Translations under genes and position numbers: made by a program | NCBI GenBank assembly: GCA_034780895.1 | Contig: JAUZTB010000027.1 | Location: forward strand, 27,093,243-27,151,191 | DNA from: Rhynchobatus australiae | Taxonomy: Eukaryota | Reading direction: 5' to 3' | Length of the DNA: 57,949 bases | Shown: positions 23,480 to 37,500 of the stretch, piece by piece | Position numbering within the stretch: position 1 is the stretch's first letter | Layout: each line of letters starts with the position of its first letter | Notes under the pieces: generated by a model | Database searches by the model: none | Told to the model about the DNA's origin: nothing | Seen by the model: the letters and a program-made list of their open reading frames with translations, nothing else

Positions 23480-24060
23480 TTGAAACAAGGTCACTGTCAC
23501 CACTGTATTTCGCTGTCATCTGCATTCTGTTTCTTATAGATGACATCATCATGTGGCTGTGTAAATCGATAACTTAATAGCATTTGGAAAATGCTGCAGT
23601 CTGGAGCAGGTTATAAAGAATGCCCCCATTTTATTCGCTTTGTAGCAAAAATGTCATATGTCTTAAACTCAGGTTCTTGCATGAGTGCACTGTGAAGAAC
23701 AGATGCCATTTTTTTATTCTCTGGCTTTATTTTTCACTTCTTCACAGCATAACATTAAACTGTAGTAAATAGGCTTTTGTCAGGAGGCCGGGGACCACCC
23801 TGTATATGATAATGCATTAGTGACCAGCTTTCCAGCTCCTGAGCCGAAACATTCAGAGACTTAAGGGGTAGATACGAAGCAGTATTGTGTACAGACGGTG
23901 AACGGCAGCACATACTAATAGAAACACACATAATAAATGATTGTGTTAGGGTTTAACTGGGGTCTAATAGGCAGCCCGTTCTGTGAAAGGGTCAGCCTTA
24001 TATGTGTGTTATAAAAAAAGTTGTAATATGTAGTGCCATTGTGCTTTAAGCTTTAATAAA
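23480..24060. promoter_or_regulatory. Candidate conserved non-coding (enhancer-like) block
   Basis: Unique and non-coding, with no TE similarity recognised. Retains several CpGs in a CpG-poor background and has homeodomain-like TAAT/ATAAA sites. Conservation not tested. Confidence 0.3.
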
Positions 24061-24639
24061 AAAATCTTTGCATCTCAGCTTATTTTCACATGTCAGGATG
24101 TCCAAATTCTCTGATAAATTGTGTTAAGTTTTATGACACTTGCTATTCAGAGCATGGCTTGCCACAGTATTCAAAGGCTTTAGCACCATTTACTTTAAAT
24201 GAATTGAGGAGCTGGTCAATCTATAGGCATTGCTATAAACCCCACCCCCCTCCTCCTTCCCTTTCTTCTTAGTAATTCCAGCATTATCCTCACCTGCATT
24301 CTAAAATTAACAAGATCGATTGCAGCCATGGATTAGAATTCTAGGTAGAAATCTATTAAAGTATTAATGCTCCTGGTTTGGTATGCTTGATATATTTCAA
24401 ATGCAATCCATTCTGTTTCATCCATGAACAATAAATCACTCAGGAAATTACAATATGAAGTATATCAGGCTTTAGCAAATTTCTCTTGTTTCTAAAGTGA
24501 TGTTTGTTTCCATGGGTTTGTTATTCATCCAATCTGTATTGATTGATGTTGTATTGCACTGTAATATCCTTTAAGAATGCAAATAACATTTCAGTAACTT
24601 CATCAGGTATCTCTGTTTCCTCTCTCCTTACTAAATCCT

Positions 24640-25480
24640 CAGGATCAAGGGTGACTTTACTTTCACTGTGGTTTTGGGGGTTCTGACAAATAAGCCTAAT
24701 GTGGGAGCGACAGGCTCTTCCATAGATGTGGCATAAGATGCCTGATAGGACGGGCAGGTGGGTAGATTCTCAGGTGATGCACTCTTTCTGCCACATGCAT
24801 AATGTTTCTGCACAGCCTCAAGGTTCCTTAAAACACTGAATGCTCCTTCTCCACTTTAAGCAGTAATGGGCGAGTGCTTCTTGGAGTCAATAGGGATGCT
24901 ATATTTCTTCAAGGAGGCTTTGAGCATATCCTCTATCTGCTTGGTAATCCTTTCTGTTGACAGAACTCCAAATAGAATGTCTGTTGGAGAGACTGGTGTC
25001 AGACGTGCCTAATGTAGCTAACTAAGTGTAATTAGGGCCCTAATACTGGGGGATGTAGCCTGGTGGGAGATTCTGATGTTGGTTCAGCTTTCAGAAAAAA
25101 TACAGGAGGGCAGTGATCACTGCTGCCTGGTAGACCATGAGTTTTGTGTAAAATTCACAGTACTGCTCAGCTCCTTAACTTTCCAACCAGAAAACCCAAA
25201 CCTGAATCCTGCTCTGAGCTGATATCATTGGGACAATCTGGGATCACATTGTAACAAGTTTTGGAGCATGACTTTGATGGATCAATTTGTAAGGAACAAA
25301 AGTTTATGGGTGGGGAAGTCAAGTTAGTTTGTGTCTTTTCTGTGACACCCAAAGGTGATTCCTGAATTGGAACTGTGGAATGGAACACCCAGCACTCAAT
25401 GTGACATTTGTCCAATCTGCATGTGTCAGCAATGAAGCTAACAAAGGATGTCAAAGGGCACAAACCAAAGTCATGATGGT
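24640..25480 (-). mobile_element. Decayed RTE (BovB-like) LINE, RT to 3' end
   Basis: Minus strand carries IPQY*GPNY (PSIEALI-like), a DTSLQQTFYLE segment and ..DMLKASLKK. Homologous to the RTE piece at 5.9 kb. Confidence 0.6.
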
Positions 25481-26467
25481 TTATCAGGCAGCAATGATAT
25501 TGTTTTCTTCCCTTAAAGAAAAACTGACTTTAATTTGGAATGTGATCAATCGGTAGTTGGTAGAGCAGTTTGTTTTTTTTTTGCTGACTTTGGGTGCCCA
25601 TTCCTCTGGTCACAATGAATGCAGTTCATTGTTTCCCTCCAACTCCTTTATTATAAAGTCACTCTACCAACAACATGCACAGTTCTCTTGCTGAGCTTAC
25701 ACAGGAATCTGTTCCCAATGCCATTGAAACTTGACCCACAACAGAGAAAATGCATTAAATTGTAATGAGCAATGACTGAAAGATTGTAAACATGTTGAAG
25801 CAAGGACAGAGACCATGGATAGGAGTTGGCAACATCACATTGGTCCTGTGAGAGTGCAGTGAGAGTGTTTATATTCACCTGGCAAAGAATAAAACCTGGC
25901 ATGCTCAAGTCTTTGGAGGGAGGTGTGAAAACACACGCTGCTGATTCAGGAACAAAAGAGCTACACTTCAGCAACACGTACTCTAATCAATGTAAAATGC
26001 ACCTCAGGTAAAGTTGTTTCGAGCAAGAGGGTTGTTAAAATACTTTGTTTCCTGGAATATTACATGCTTAAAGAGTCATTGTGAAGAAAATCTGTAGAGC
26101 TTTATGTAACAGAACAGTGTGTTACATTGACTCTGGTCGAATTAGGAATGTATGAAAGTATGAGCATTGTTTACAGCAAGCTTGCTGCACTCAAGGTAAC
26201 CGTTATAGCACCAGTGCTTGCCTAACAGGAAATACCAGGTTAAGGTCTTTTCCTCTGCTAGAGATTCAAAGTTTTGCCCTCAGATAATAGAGTCGGCATC
26301 TTGATCTTGTGTGTGATCAACACACTAGTGATGGCTAAGCTACAAGAACCAGGATCTCGTAGTGCCATGACAGTATTGGCTGTCTTACTCATTGTAGTAA
26401 CAATGAGGAGCCATTCAGTTCAAAAGCAAACTGTGATTTTGCCTATGATGCTCAATGCATCAATCAA

Positions 26468-26753
26468 AGCTCAAGGACAGCTTCTATCCCACTGTTATAA
26501 GACTACTGAGTGGTTCCCTAGTACAATAAGATGGACTCTTGACCTCACAAGCTACCTCATTATGACTTTGCACCTTATTGTCTCCCTGCACTGCACTTTC
26601 TCTGTAGTTGTTACACTTTGTTCTGAATTCTATTATTGTTTTACCTTGTACTACCTCAAAGCACTGTGTAATAAATTGATCTGTTTGAACAGTATGCAAG
26701 ACAAGCTTTTCACTGTACCTTGGTACATGTGACAATAATAAACCCATTCCAAT
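26468..26753 (+). mobile_element. Rex1/Babar-like LINE 3' end
   Basis: CTCAAGGACAGCTTCTATCCCACTGTTATAAGACTACTG = LKDSFYPTVIRLL (ORF terminus), then a 3' UTR ending GTGACAATAATAAACCCATTCCAATT. Confidence 0.8.
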
Positions 26754-26854
26754 TCATCATTTTGACCCTAAATGCACTTAGTGAGTGTGTGCACCAGTGA
26801 ACAATCTGATACTGCACATTGATCCAGGAGCTACAGGAACAGCAGTGAAGGTGC

Positions 26855-26945
26855 TATAGAGTCATAGAGCATCATGGAGTCACACAAAAACAGGCCCTGT
26901 AGCCCACCACATCCATGCCAACCATCAAGTACCCATTTATAATTC
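26855..26945 (-). mobile_element. CR1/SINE 3' tail fragment
   Basis: ATAGAGTCATAGAG...AACAGGCCCTGTAGCCCACCACATCCATGCCAACCATCAAG is the reverse complement of a CR1-type tail. Confidence 0.6.
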
Positions 26946-26947
26946 CA

Positions 26948-27407
26948 TTGGTATTGGTATATAATTGTCACTTGTACCAAGGTTCAGTGAAAAACTTGTC
27001 TTGCATACCAATCGTACAGATCAAATCATTACACAGTGCATTGAGGTAATACAGGGTAAAAGCCATAAACAGAATACAAAGTGTCACAACTACAGAGGAA
27101 GTACAGTGCAGGTAGAGTGCAAGGTCATATCAAGGTAGATTGTTAGGTAAAGACTCCATCTCATTGTATAATGGAACTGTTCAATAGTCTTATCAGAATA
27201 TTATCAGACTGTTTTCAGACTTTTGTATCTTCTGTGTGATGGGAGAGGGGAGAAGAGAGAATGACCAGATGGGTGTGGTCATTGATTATGCTGGCTGCTT
27301 TACCGAGGCAGCAAGAACGGTAGACAGAGTCCATGGAGGGGAGGGGGGTTTCCGTGATGTGCTAAGCTGTGTCCACAACTCTCTGCAGTTTCTTGTGGTC
27401 TTGGGCA
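26948..27407 (-). mobile_element. Rex1/Babar-like LINE 3' portion (runs into a gap)
   Basis: Reverse complement of the 26468-26753 family, extending further 5' into the ORF (AQDHKKLQRVVDTA*HITETPLPSMDSVY). Confidence 0.8.
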
Positions 27408-27769
27408 NNNNNNNNNNNNNNNNNNNNNNNNNNNNNNNNNNNNNNNNNNNNNNNNNNNNNNNNNNNNNNNNNNNNNNNNNNNNNNNNNNNNNNNNNNNNN
27501 NNNNNNNGAAATGATTACTTGAGGAATGCTGAAAACTTTGGGTGCTTTTGATTATTTTTCTGTCAATAACATCCTCTTTCTGCAGTGTTGTGCTTTCAAT
27601 TTCATTTCTAAAATTGTGAACAACACATTCATTTCTACCACCCTTGAACATCTAGTGAGCTCCAATGTATTTTATGTAGAAACATTAAACAAAGCTAACT
27701 TAATGAGATGACATGTCTGATTTACACATGGTTCACTGCTCCAGGACAGTAGCTGGGGGAAGTTTCTCA

Positions 27770-28200
27770 GTGCCGAATACTCCATCTGGGGCTCTATATT
27801 CCCTACATTTTGGAGGAATAGTGATTTCATTGAAATATATAAAATTCTCAAGGGGCTTGGCAGGGTAAGTGCTGGGGACTCTTTCACCTAACTGAGAAGG
27901 CTGTAAATATATGATTTCATCTCAGTATAAGAGCTCAGGCATTTAGAATGTAGATAAGGAGAAATTTCATTGGTCAAATAGTTGTGAATCTTTTGGAACT
28001 CTTTAACCAAGAGAACTGTGGATATTCAATTGTTTAGTATATTCAAAACAGATATCAACAGATCTTTTTCCATACCAAAGAAAACAAGGATTTTGGGAGG
28101 ATGTAAGAGGTTGGCGTTGAGGTAGATCAGGCGTGATATAATTAAATGACAAGTAGATTCAGGCAAAATGACATATTCAGCTCTTATTTTCTATGTGCTT
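27770..28200 (+). mobile_element. CR1 LINE 3' end
   Basis: LGLY..FWRNSDFIEIYKILKGLGRV (GDLIE.YKIL.GLDRV motif) and tail CAGCTCTTATTTTCTATG. Confidence 0.75.
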
Positions 28201-28589
28201 TTTTGTTAATATTTAACTCTTGTTGTTTTTGACGGGTACCTTGGGAAATTCAGCAGGTTGGCATCAGGTTACTGTCATAGGTAAAGTTAGTGAAATCACT
28301 AACAAAGATTATTCCATTATTCTGACACAATTCTCTTCCTCCAAGACATCACTTCCCTCATTCACTCCTCTTATATATCACCAGATTAGTATTTGCTTGA
28401 AATGGAATTTAAGAATAACAGCCTAATATAGCATGATAAGAAACTATATATTTCTATTCGCTGAGCAGAATAATGATTCCACATGTGAAGCAAAATCTTT
28501 GCCTCTTCCTTCAAGCACCTGCAAACCACAACAGCAGTAAACACATAAACAACATTAGGTAAGTTGAACATAACCAACTTTTTGATCAT

Positions 28590-29338
28590 GACTAGGAAAC
28601 GTAGGTGGTAAATAATATTTGTGTCACATATGTGCCAGGTAATAACCATCTCCAACAAGNNNNNNNNNNNNNNNNNNNNNNNNNNNNNNNNNNNNNNNNN
28701 NNNNNNNNNNNNNNNNNNNNNNNNNNNNNNNNNNNNNNNNNNNNNNNNNNNNNNNNNNNGTCACATATGTGCCAGGTAATAACCATGTGAAAATAAGAAA
28801 GAGTCTAACCAAGATTGATTGATAAATGATGGCATTACCATCACTAAATTATTCATAATCACATACCAGAGGTCACTACTGACCAGCCCTAAAATACTAT
28901 GGCTACAAGAACAGGTTAGAGGCTAATGATACAGCACGATGAACATTCACTCCTCTCCACTGATGGTATTCCATAACTATGCTGTGTATTGTCCACAAGA
29001 AATGCTGCAACAATTCACTGAGTCTCCTTCAGCTCCACTTCCCAAACTCTCCACCTCTTTTCACCAAGCAGGCAAATGGAGACACCACCATGTTCCTTAC
29101 ATGATCATCCCTAAGTCATCCACCATCCTGACTTGGAAATATATCGTCAATCCTTTATCATTGCTAAATCGAAGTCCCAGAAGTCCCTATCCAGCTGTGC
29201 AAATATATTCCTTTCAACACATTTACTATGGTGGCTCAGTAGGCAGCTCACAGAAACATCTCATAAGTAGTTAGGTTTGGACAATAAATGCTGGCTTTAC
29301 CAATGGTGCTTACAGTTGATGGATGAATGATAAAATCA
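28590..29338 (+). mobile_element. Crack-like/CR1-group LINE 3' portion
   Basis: Homologous to 2400-3040 and 33600-34105 (GGCATTACCATCACT, ATACTATGGCTACAAGA, CACCATCCTGACTTGGAAATATATCG, tail GGACAATAAATGCTGGC). Confidence 0.7.
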
Positions 29339-32086
29339 ATATTTAGGTCAGTAACACTGGAAGAGCAAAAAGCTTTTACTAGTCTTTATTGTGAGTGAAG
29401 TGAAAGCAGCATCTCACTGATTAACAATATCTTCTCTCAGGTACATGTGGGATTCTGTGTAGCCATAATTAGTTTGTTTAATAGGCTGCAACTTTATGTC
29501 TGCTTCCCCATATACCCAGACAATAACCTTCAGCTGATGGCACAATATAAATTGTATTTATATTGTCACCACCCATATTTTGGTCAATTCACAAGCAGTT
29601 ACATTTGAACCATATCACAACAGAACATTGATAATTTCCTCTTTCTCCCATTAAGAAGCCTGTAATAGCATACATTTAACTTTTGACATATTTGTTTACC
29701 GGGTTTGAGGAAGATTCCTCAATTTGTCTAATAATGGCAGGTACTCTAGCTACCTAGGAGACCCATATGATAAATTCCATGTTGCAAAAACCAGCAGAGA
29801 CTTTCCCTACGCCTTCAGAGAACTTTTATCTTTCAAGATTTACTGTGAAAGGCAGACACTGCCTTTAAAATCACTGTTTTCAGCTCAACATGGACTCCTG
29901 GTTGGGGTCTACCTTTACCTCATTTGGCTGTTTACACCTGATCTAACTCAGCATAACTCCACTGACCACTGGCTGGATCAAACCAAGAGAGCCTGAGCCC
30001 TGTCCCAATACAACATTGACCATGTTTAGCCCAGACCATCCTAAAGGTTCGACAAACAGCTCACATGTCCAGGTCTCAGTATTTTTTTATCCCCTGGAAC
30101 AAACCTGCCAGTTTACCATAAGAAACCCGTTGAATTATAAAGTTAGGTATTTGGTTATTGACAACATAAGGATTGATAGAAAGTACTGGTAATTCACAGC
30201 TGTTCCATCCATATGATGAAACACTAAATTATCTTTACTATCCATTTAAGATTTAATTTTAACAATTGAAGCTTATGTTTTTCTCCTTTTATCTTCACCA
30301 TCAAGGATGATAAAGTCATTTATCCANNNNNNNNNNNNNNNNNATTACAGGAAGCTAACAGTAATGGATGAACATCAAGCTTAGACTCATTTGGTTCTTC
30401 ACTAGATGTACAAAGTAGAATGCATATTGCTGCAATAAGTCACTCTGATTTTTAAACTGGAAGAAATAATTCCTTCCTCTACCACAGAATGTTACCAACC
30501 TTTGTGCTTGTTTCTTTAAATGTGATTTTTTTTTGCAGAAATGCATATTCCTGATATCTGCTTCAGGTTTTATCACCTTGTGTCAGTTCAATGTCCCATG
30601 CTAGTTCCTTTGAGCATGCTGCCTAATAAAACATTTTATGATAAATGTTCTATCATCTACATCTAATAATTCAAAGTCACTTCTTGTGCAAAATGAATAG
30701 AGCTCTGCAATAACTTGAAATAGGCCATGTAAATAACAGAGTATGGTGGAAATTTAGTGGAAGGATATGTAGAATCAGGTAATCTTATTCAAGCAACTCT
30801 GAATTCAGGTTAGACTGTGTAACTAACCTTCCAGTTAGATGATAGATATAGCACTCTGACCTGAACAGAGGCACAGAAAACCATTTTCATTCTGATCTGA
30901 ATCCAATTAATTTTAATTCTTTTTTTCTTCAAAAATCCTAGATCAAAATTTGCATTTTTATATAGTGAGCCAAAACGCCAGTGCGCATTATTGTCACAAA
31001 AGGCTTTCTTCAATGGGATAAGCAAAAATGAATTTGCTTTTTGCATTGCCAAAAACAAAGCTGTTATTGTGAATTGTGAAGCTGACACACAAATTAAAAG
31101 TTGAGGTGAGTGAAGCTTACGGTGACACAAACAAAGAGAAGAATGTGGTCACCGTGGAAACTTCGTACCAGAAAAATCCAGATAACTTGAACGTGAAGCT
31201 ATAAAGTTCTATTGACACATCATCCATAGAAGCTTTCAAAGTCAGAAAGCTGAACAACAGATCTCATGAGTAATCTTCAGATAAAAGCCTACCACAGATT
31301 GAGATTATGCAGTTACTATATAGCAAATTAGTTCTGTCTGAAAGTGACTCCNNNNNNNNNNNNNNNNNNNNNNNNNNNNNNNNNNNNNNNNNNNNNNNNN
31401 NNNNNNNNNNNNNNNNNNNNNNNNNNNNNNNNNNNNNNNNNNNNNNNNNNNCTGAAAGTGACTCCTGCAAGTGTTCACAGTACTGGTAGGTGCTGCTTCA
31501 CTGATCTCTTTGGTGCTCCTCAGCCCCAGAAACTCAGAATCCCAACCAGTCGTGGGGCTGGAGAGAAAGGGGTTGCACACGTGTAAGTGAAAGAATGCAG
31601 TGCTGTGCTGGGGTAATGTAGGGTATATTCTCCATAGATGAATCAAGATGGGCCAGACAACCTTCATTACTCATAGTTATTTAGTGTACCTTCACAGATT
31701 TTGATGTAAAGCCGGAAGGAAGTTATTTGGTGGCTGGAGCCCTTCAAATTGAAGTTTGGATCAAAGGAGGAAAATATAATAGTGTTCATGAGCCCATTAT
31801 CCAAAGAACTAAAAAAAGGTGCCTGAGTGTTAATGGGACACATTTCTTATAAAATCTCACTGATTCGTAATCAAAGTAGAGAAGTGAATTACGACATGAC
31901 ACAGTACATTTCAAGAAGTTCCCAATCTCATGGAAACATGACACTTTAATTGTTTCCAATAATAAATAATAATCTTGAAAAGTTTGACTGCAGATGACTG
32001 CAGCATGTGGTTCAGGAAACCCTGGGCAATATCTACGTTTAAGTTGATAAACGGTGAAAAACACTTGCGTCATACNNNNNNNNNNC

Positions 32087-32735
32087 CAGGCAATGACCAC
32101 CCCCAACAGAGAGGGTCTAATCACCTACCTTACACATTTACTATTCTTACGATCCTAATCAACACCACATGAGCTATCTCTGCCAGAAATTGGCCCTACC
32201 AATTGAATGCCACGATTACTAAAAGAGGTCAGGCATTAGGTAATTTTCAGCTCCTCCCGACTCCCAAAGCCTTTCTGTCACCGACAAACACCTCATGGGT
32301 CTGATAAAATGTGCTCCATTGACTGAAGAGCTACAGAAATGCTTCGGAGAAATACACTTCCCACAACAAAGCAATTGGCATATTTGGCACTTCAGTGTAA
32401 AAATTCAACCCCTCTACCATGACAGCTTTGTGTAGTATCTACACCTTACACTGCAGGAATTCACCAAGGCTTCTTAAACAATATCTCCTAATATTGCAAC
32501 TGCCTAGAAGGACATGGACAACAACTGCATGGGAACATGATCACCTTCAGGTTTCCATCCAGGTCACGCACCAGCTCACATGTGTTTTCATCATCCCAGA
32601 ATCAAAATCTTGGTACTCACAACAGTGTCGATCCAACTTCACTGTTTAGTGTACAACAGTTCACCACAATCACCATCTTCTAAAGTACTAAATAAATACC
32701 AACATTTCAGCAAAGGCCACACCTTGAGACTGAAT
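32087..32735 (+). mobile_element. Crack-like/CR1-group LINE 3' portion, strongly decayed
   Basis: CCAGGCAATGACCACCCCCAACAGAGAGGGTCTAATCACC, CACTGCAGGAATTCACCAAGGCTTCTT and GCATGGGAACA are shared with the other copies. Confidence 0.6.
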
Positions 32736-32924
32736 TTTAAGAGGTTGTAGCCTAGTGTAGTCATTGCCTTAGCAAAAAACTTGGGGTTCTCACAAGGTAT
32801 TACTGACTGACCAAAATGAAACAAGAATTTGATTGACTACGTCTCAGTAAAAAAGATAAATAAAAGATAAAGCAGACTGAAGGTTGTTTCAGGAGGCCAT
32901 GTTGAACAGCACTTAGAAAAGGAA

Positions 32925-34105
32925 TTGAAAATAGTAAGGCATTGAAAGTACTCTGCATGGGGAACTTTAATGTTCATTACCAAGAATGGCTTGGTGGCAC
33001 CAGCACTGGCTGAGTCTTTACATGACCATTATGCCAGTGATAAAGCAGGTTTATCCTCGATGCTGACTGGCTCACTATCTGCCACTATTAACCTTGATCT
33101 ACTTGGGTCAGATGCATCTCTTTGAGCATCACTGTCACATTTAAACCACCACTACAGAACAGTAAAGTTTATCGCACCAACTAGCTGTACCTCCAGCCAG
33201 TATAGCTACATCACTGACATCCACCTGACAATGTGGACAATTCCCCAGGTATGTCCTGTTCACAAAACAAAGGATAAATCTAATCTATTGAAAGCCTTCC
33301 CAATTGGTCTACCCTCAATCATTAATGAAGAGTTGGTAGATGTCATCAGAAGTGCTATCAAGAAGCACTTCTTCACTGCAGGAGTACGTCAGGATAGTGT
33401 ATGATGCTCAACAATCTTCAGCTGCTTTATCAATGATCTTCCTTTCATCACAAGTTCAGAAGGGGGATCTTTGCTGATGATTACAGAATGTTAGTTCCAT
33501 TCACAATTACTCAACATATGAAGCAGTCCACATCTGCATGATGCAATATCCGCAAGAGCAGATCAGAGGCTCCTGACACCCCAAAACTTTTCCATCAACT
33601 GCAAGACATGAGTGAAGAATGTGATGGAATACCCTCCACCTGCCTGGATGGGTGCAGATCCAACAACATTAATGAAGCTCGACTCCATTCAGAAAAAGTA
33701 GCCGGTTGGATTAATATGCCAGCCATCACGCTAAACATTCATTCTTTCCACCACCAATGCACAATGGCTGCAGTACAAGCCACTTACAAAATATATTGCT
33801 GTAACTCACCAAGGTTATTCCTGTAGCACCTCCCAAACCCATAACCACTACCACCAAGAAGGGCAAAGGTGGCAGGTACAAGGGAACAGTCACCTGTGGG
33901 TTCCCCTCCGAGTCCCACACCATCCTGATTTAGAAATATATTACCAGTCCTTAATCGTCACTGGTCCTAAATCCTGGATCTCCCTATCCAACATTAATGG
34001 AGTATCTTCATCAGAAGGACCGCAACTGTCCAAAACTGTAACTCATCACCAGCTTCTCAAGGGCAGTTATGGACAGGCAATAAATACAGGCCTGGCCAGT
34101 AATGN
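32925..34105 (+). mobile_element. Crack-like/CR1-group LINE with internal deletions (endonuclease, RT, 3' tail)
   Basis: MGNFNVHYQEWLG (GDFN.HH.EWLG), WTIPQVCPVHK, PIGLPSII, GVRQDSV*CSTIFSCFINDLP and FADD, then tail CTTCTCAAGGGCAGTTATGGACAGGCAATAAATACAGGCC. Confidence 0.8.
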
Positions 34106-34149
34106 NNNNNNNNNNNNNNNNNNNNATTTTAAAAAGCTGTATTTAACAA

Positions 34150-34582
34150 CAGTTAGGTCACTGTGTACTGTGTGCACTTTTGGTCAAAGGTTTGAAATAG
34201 AGAGGGGGCAGTTGAGATTTACAAGTTACATTGCCAGAAATTTGATTGAAGTACATGACATTATGAGGGGACTTGAGAGGGTAAATAGGAAGTATCCATT
34301 TCCTTAGCAGTGGAGTTAAAATCCAGACTGTAGATTTAAATTGATTGGTAAAGGAATGGAGGAGATTGAGAAATATTTTTTTTCATGAACTCATTGCCTG
34401 AAAGGGTGGTTGAATCCAAAATCTCTCATTACATTTAAAAGGTGCTTGGATGTACTTAAAGAACTGTGACCTGGACCCAGTGTTGGAAGGTGGAATAAGG
34501 CTGTGTATCTCACTTTGACAGACAAGGAAACAACAGGTTAAATGGCCTATTGCTGTGTCATGAATTTTCTGTGACTCTATAA
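34150..34582 (+). mobile_element. CR1 LINE 3' end
   Basis: YCVHFWS and LIEVHDIMRGLERV motifs, with tail AAATGGCCTATTGCTGTGTCATGAATTTTCTGTGACTCTAT. Confidence 0.7.
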
Positions 34583-37500
34583 ACAGCAAACCGTGAGTAT
34601 TACAGTCAGTAAGGATTTTAACCTGTATATTCATACATTGGTTTTAAAGTAGTATTTTGGTTGTTATCCAGAGATGTCAAAATTGTTATTTAAGTTTCAC
34701 AAACAGCACAAAAGCAATGGTCAAACATACCAGGATTGGTGTCAAAATTATTTTGTTTGCCTTTCCATTGGTATTGGAATCTCAAATCAGTAAAAGTACA
34801 AGGTGCTAGTGGTGATTTGTGACCTCCACTGCAATAAGCATAAACAGATTGATACATTTGTCCATCTGCTTACTAGAGTGTTGTTAAAATATGTGGTTGC
34901 ATCAGTGCTGACAGATCCATTTTCATAGCTGAAGGGCAATGGATACTTCTCAATCTATCTTCAGCTTGGAATCATTGCCATACTTTTAGCTTTTCTTCCC
35001 TTTCATCACAGTAACCTGAGGAGTGTGACAGTAGGAAATTTGCATTAGCAATTGGATTATTGGACTTTCAGCAGAGTTGGAGTAAGAAAAGTCGGTATGT
35101 GTCCTCATTTCACACCGCCAGTAAACTGACTTCATGCTAGTGAAAGTTATTATCATGACGAATTAATTACCCAAATACAATATTAAGACCATATTTGCTT
35201 TCATTTTTGGAAGTTTTTATTTTTTTAAAGTTTCCTAATTCAGATGTGAGGTGTTACATTGAGCTAGAGTTTGCCGAATTTGTTGAGAGCAACCCACTGA
35301 ACTGCCTGCTTTTATTCCTCTTGCACCTTTTTAAGTATCATGTGGTCCTAAGCTGGCTGGCTGAGCACTGCTGGCAACCTTGTGACTGCGTGCTGGTCAG
35401 CACGGACTTGCAATAGTTTCCCAAAAATTACACCAATGAACCAAATCCACACACACCTGACTCAGGAACAATGTTCTTGTTCATTTGGATAGAGAGGATT
35501 AGCTGTGAGGAAAAAGGGATTTACAAATGACAAATTTTACAATTTTTTCAGCAATTGGGTTTGCTTTAGTGCTTTTAATTGTTCAGAAGTGTTTATATTT
35601 GAAGTTATTTAAATAGTTTAAGTTTTTATATTCTTACATTTTTTTAATGTAATTGTTTTATTGACTTTTAACAGCTTTGTCAGGTGCATTTAGAAAGGTC
35701 TGTGAAACCTCTTGAGAGATGGAAGAGCAGGATGAATGACTTGAGCAACTGACAAAGCTTCTTCAACTGTTACACCAACAGAACTTCTTCTGGCCCATCC
35801 ACGTATTGGCATTATCTTGTACACCTCCTGACTTTGGATTGTGATGTCACATATCAGCAAATTAACAAATGATGAATCCCCAAAAGATAAGCCCAAAGCT
35901 GGTTAGTATGCGAGTGGTGAGTGTGGGTGGCACATGTAAAGAAAGCCCAAGGGGATGAGGCAAACAATAACATTAATCACAAACTGTAACCTAGGAATAC
36001 AGTGATGTGTGGCACAAATAATGTGATCCTCAGAAAAGAAGGCATGACTTCCTCTAGAAAATCAGCTGTGAGGTTAAAAAACATGTGGGTGAGTTCCACA
36101 CATCACTTTTCCTTCAGAAAGATTGAAATCAAATTTTTACACCATGGATTGCAGCTGCTGCCTTGATGTCCTAATATGAATACGAAATCTGCCTTCTGTA
36201 CTTTGTGGGTGCTGGATTTTGACATACGTGATGTAAAATGTTTGCAGAATGAGAACCAGAGAAAATGATGTTTTAATTATTTCCACTGTGTCTAAAATGT
36301 CAGGTTTTAAGATTATGGACAAAGCACCATTTCCAAGAACTTCTGTAAGTTCACTTTTCATAGTTAGATAAATGCCCTGAATGTCAAGAGAAAGTTTATT
36401 TTTAAGCAACATATTTAAATATCAAGGGAATAGTCATCAAATTTACTGGCAGTATATGCAACCATTCCTTTTCTATGATACTGCTGAAGTGAGCAGCTTG
36501 CAACACACATTTTGTTACATTAAGTTTTAATCATTAAATAATCCTTCACTGCAATGATTTTCGTATCCATCGTTATAAGTTATGTGTTATTAGCCAATAC
36601 ATTCTTTTAATACATTATTGAATAAAAAAGTCAGTTTTGTGTCCCGCAGACTATAGTGCTACACAGTTCAGAGGTTGTAGCTGTCATCTTTTGATTAAGA
36701 AAAGGAAATGATTTCACTAAACAGCAATTCATTCTTGCGTTGTTTTGTTTTAACTTACTTTGTAGTTTCCAATGAACTGGACATATTTATTGAAACACAT
36801 AAGTTACTTCATGGTTACCAACATCATACTAATCTTAACAAAATATCTCCTTTCCTGCCAATAGACTAAATGTCATAAACTATAAAATACCCTCAACATC
36901 ATCTGCATTGTAAACATCACCACTGCAAGCTTTTAGATGCAAACAACGAGATGCATAAGTTTTCTTTTAATCATTTGTAAAGTAACTTATAAAATACCGA
37001 ACCAAAATGTAGAAGCTTCCATCTGTTACATAATTTTCCATTGTAGTCCTGTGCATGCCAGTTTACTGAACCATAGCTTGCTAAAGAGACTACTGGGTCA
37101 CGGATTGAAAAACAAAGACCAAGCTTTTAATGACTGAATTTTTCTCAAGCACCTCTGACATAAAAATAACTGCACAAATACAAAACTGATGTGTGGATAG
37201 TTAGCAACAGAATGAACAAAATGCATTTCTTCTCAAAAGGCAGAATAAGAAAAGGAGCCACAAATTAAAGGGACTGAGATGATGTTAATTGGCATTTTGT
37301 ATTTAAGTTGCACTACTATCAGTAGTGCAATGAATATAATTGCAAATTTATGAAACTTCTAAAAATTTGTCAATCAAAATTTACTACCTTATTGAGAATT
37401 TTTCTTAATATTTGAATTTAGATGCCTTTACNNNNNNNNNNNNNNNNNNNNNNNNNNNNNNNNNNNNNNNNNNNNNNNNNNNNNNNNNNNNNNNNNNNNN

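Noticed and set aside
26274-26732. 152-aa hydrophobic ORF
   Set aside because: Most of it runs through the Rex/Babar 3' end out of frame and into its UTR; spurious.
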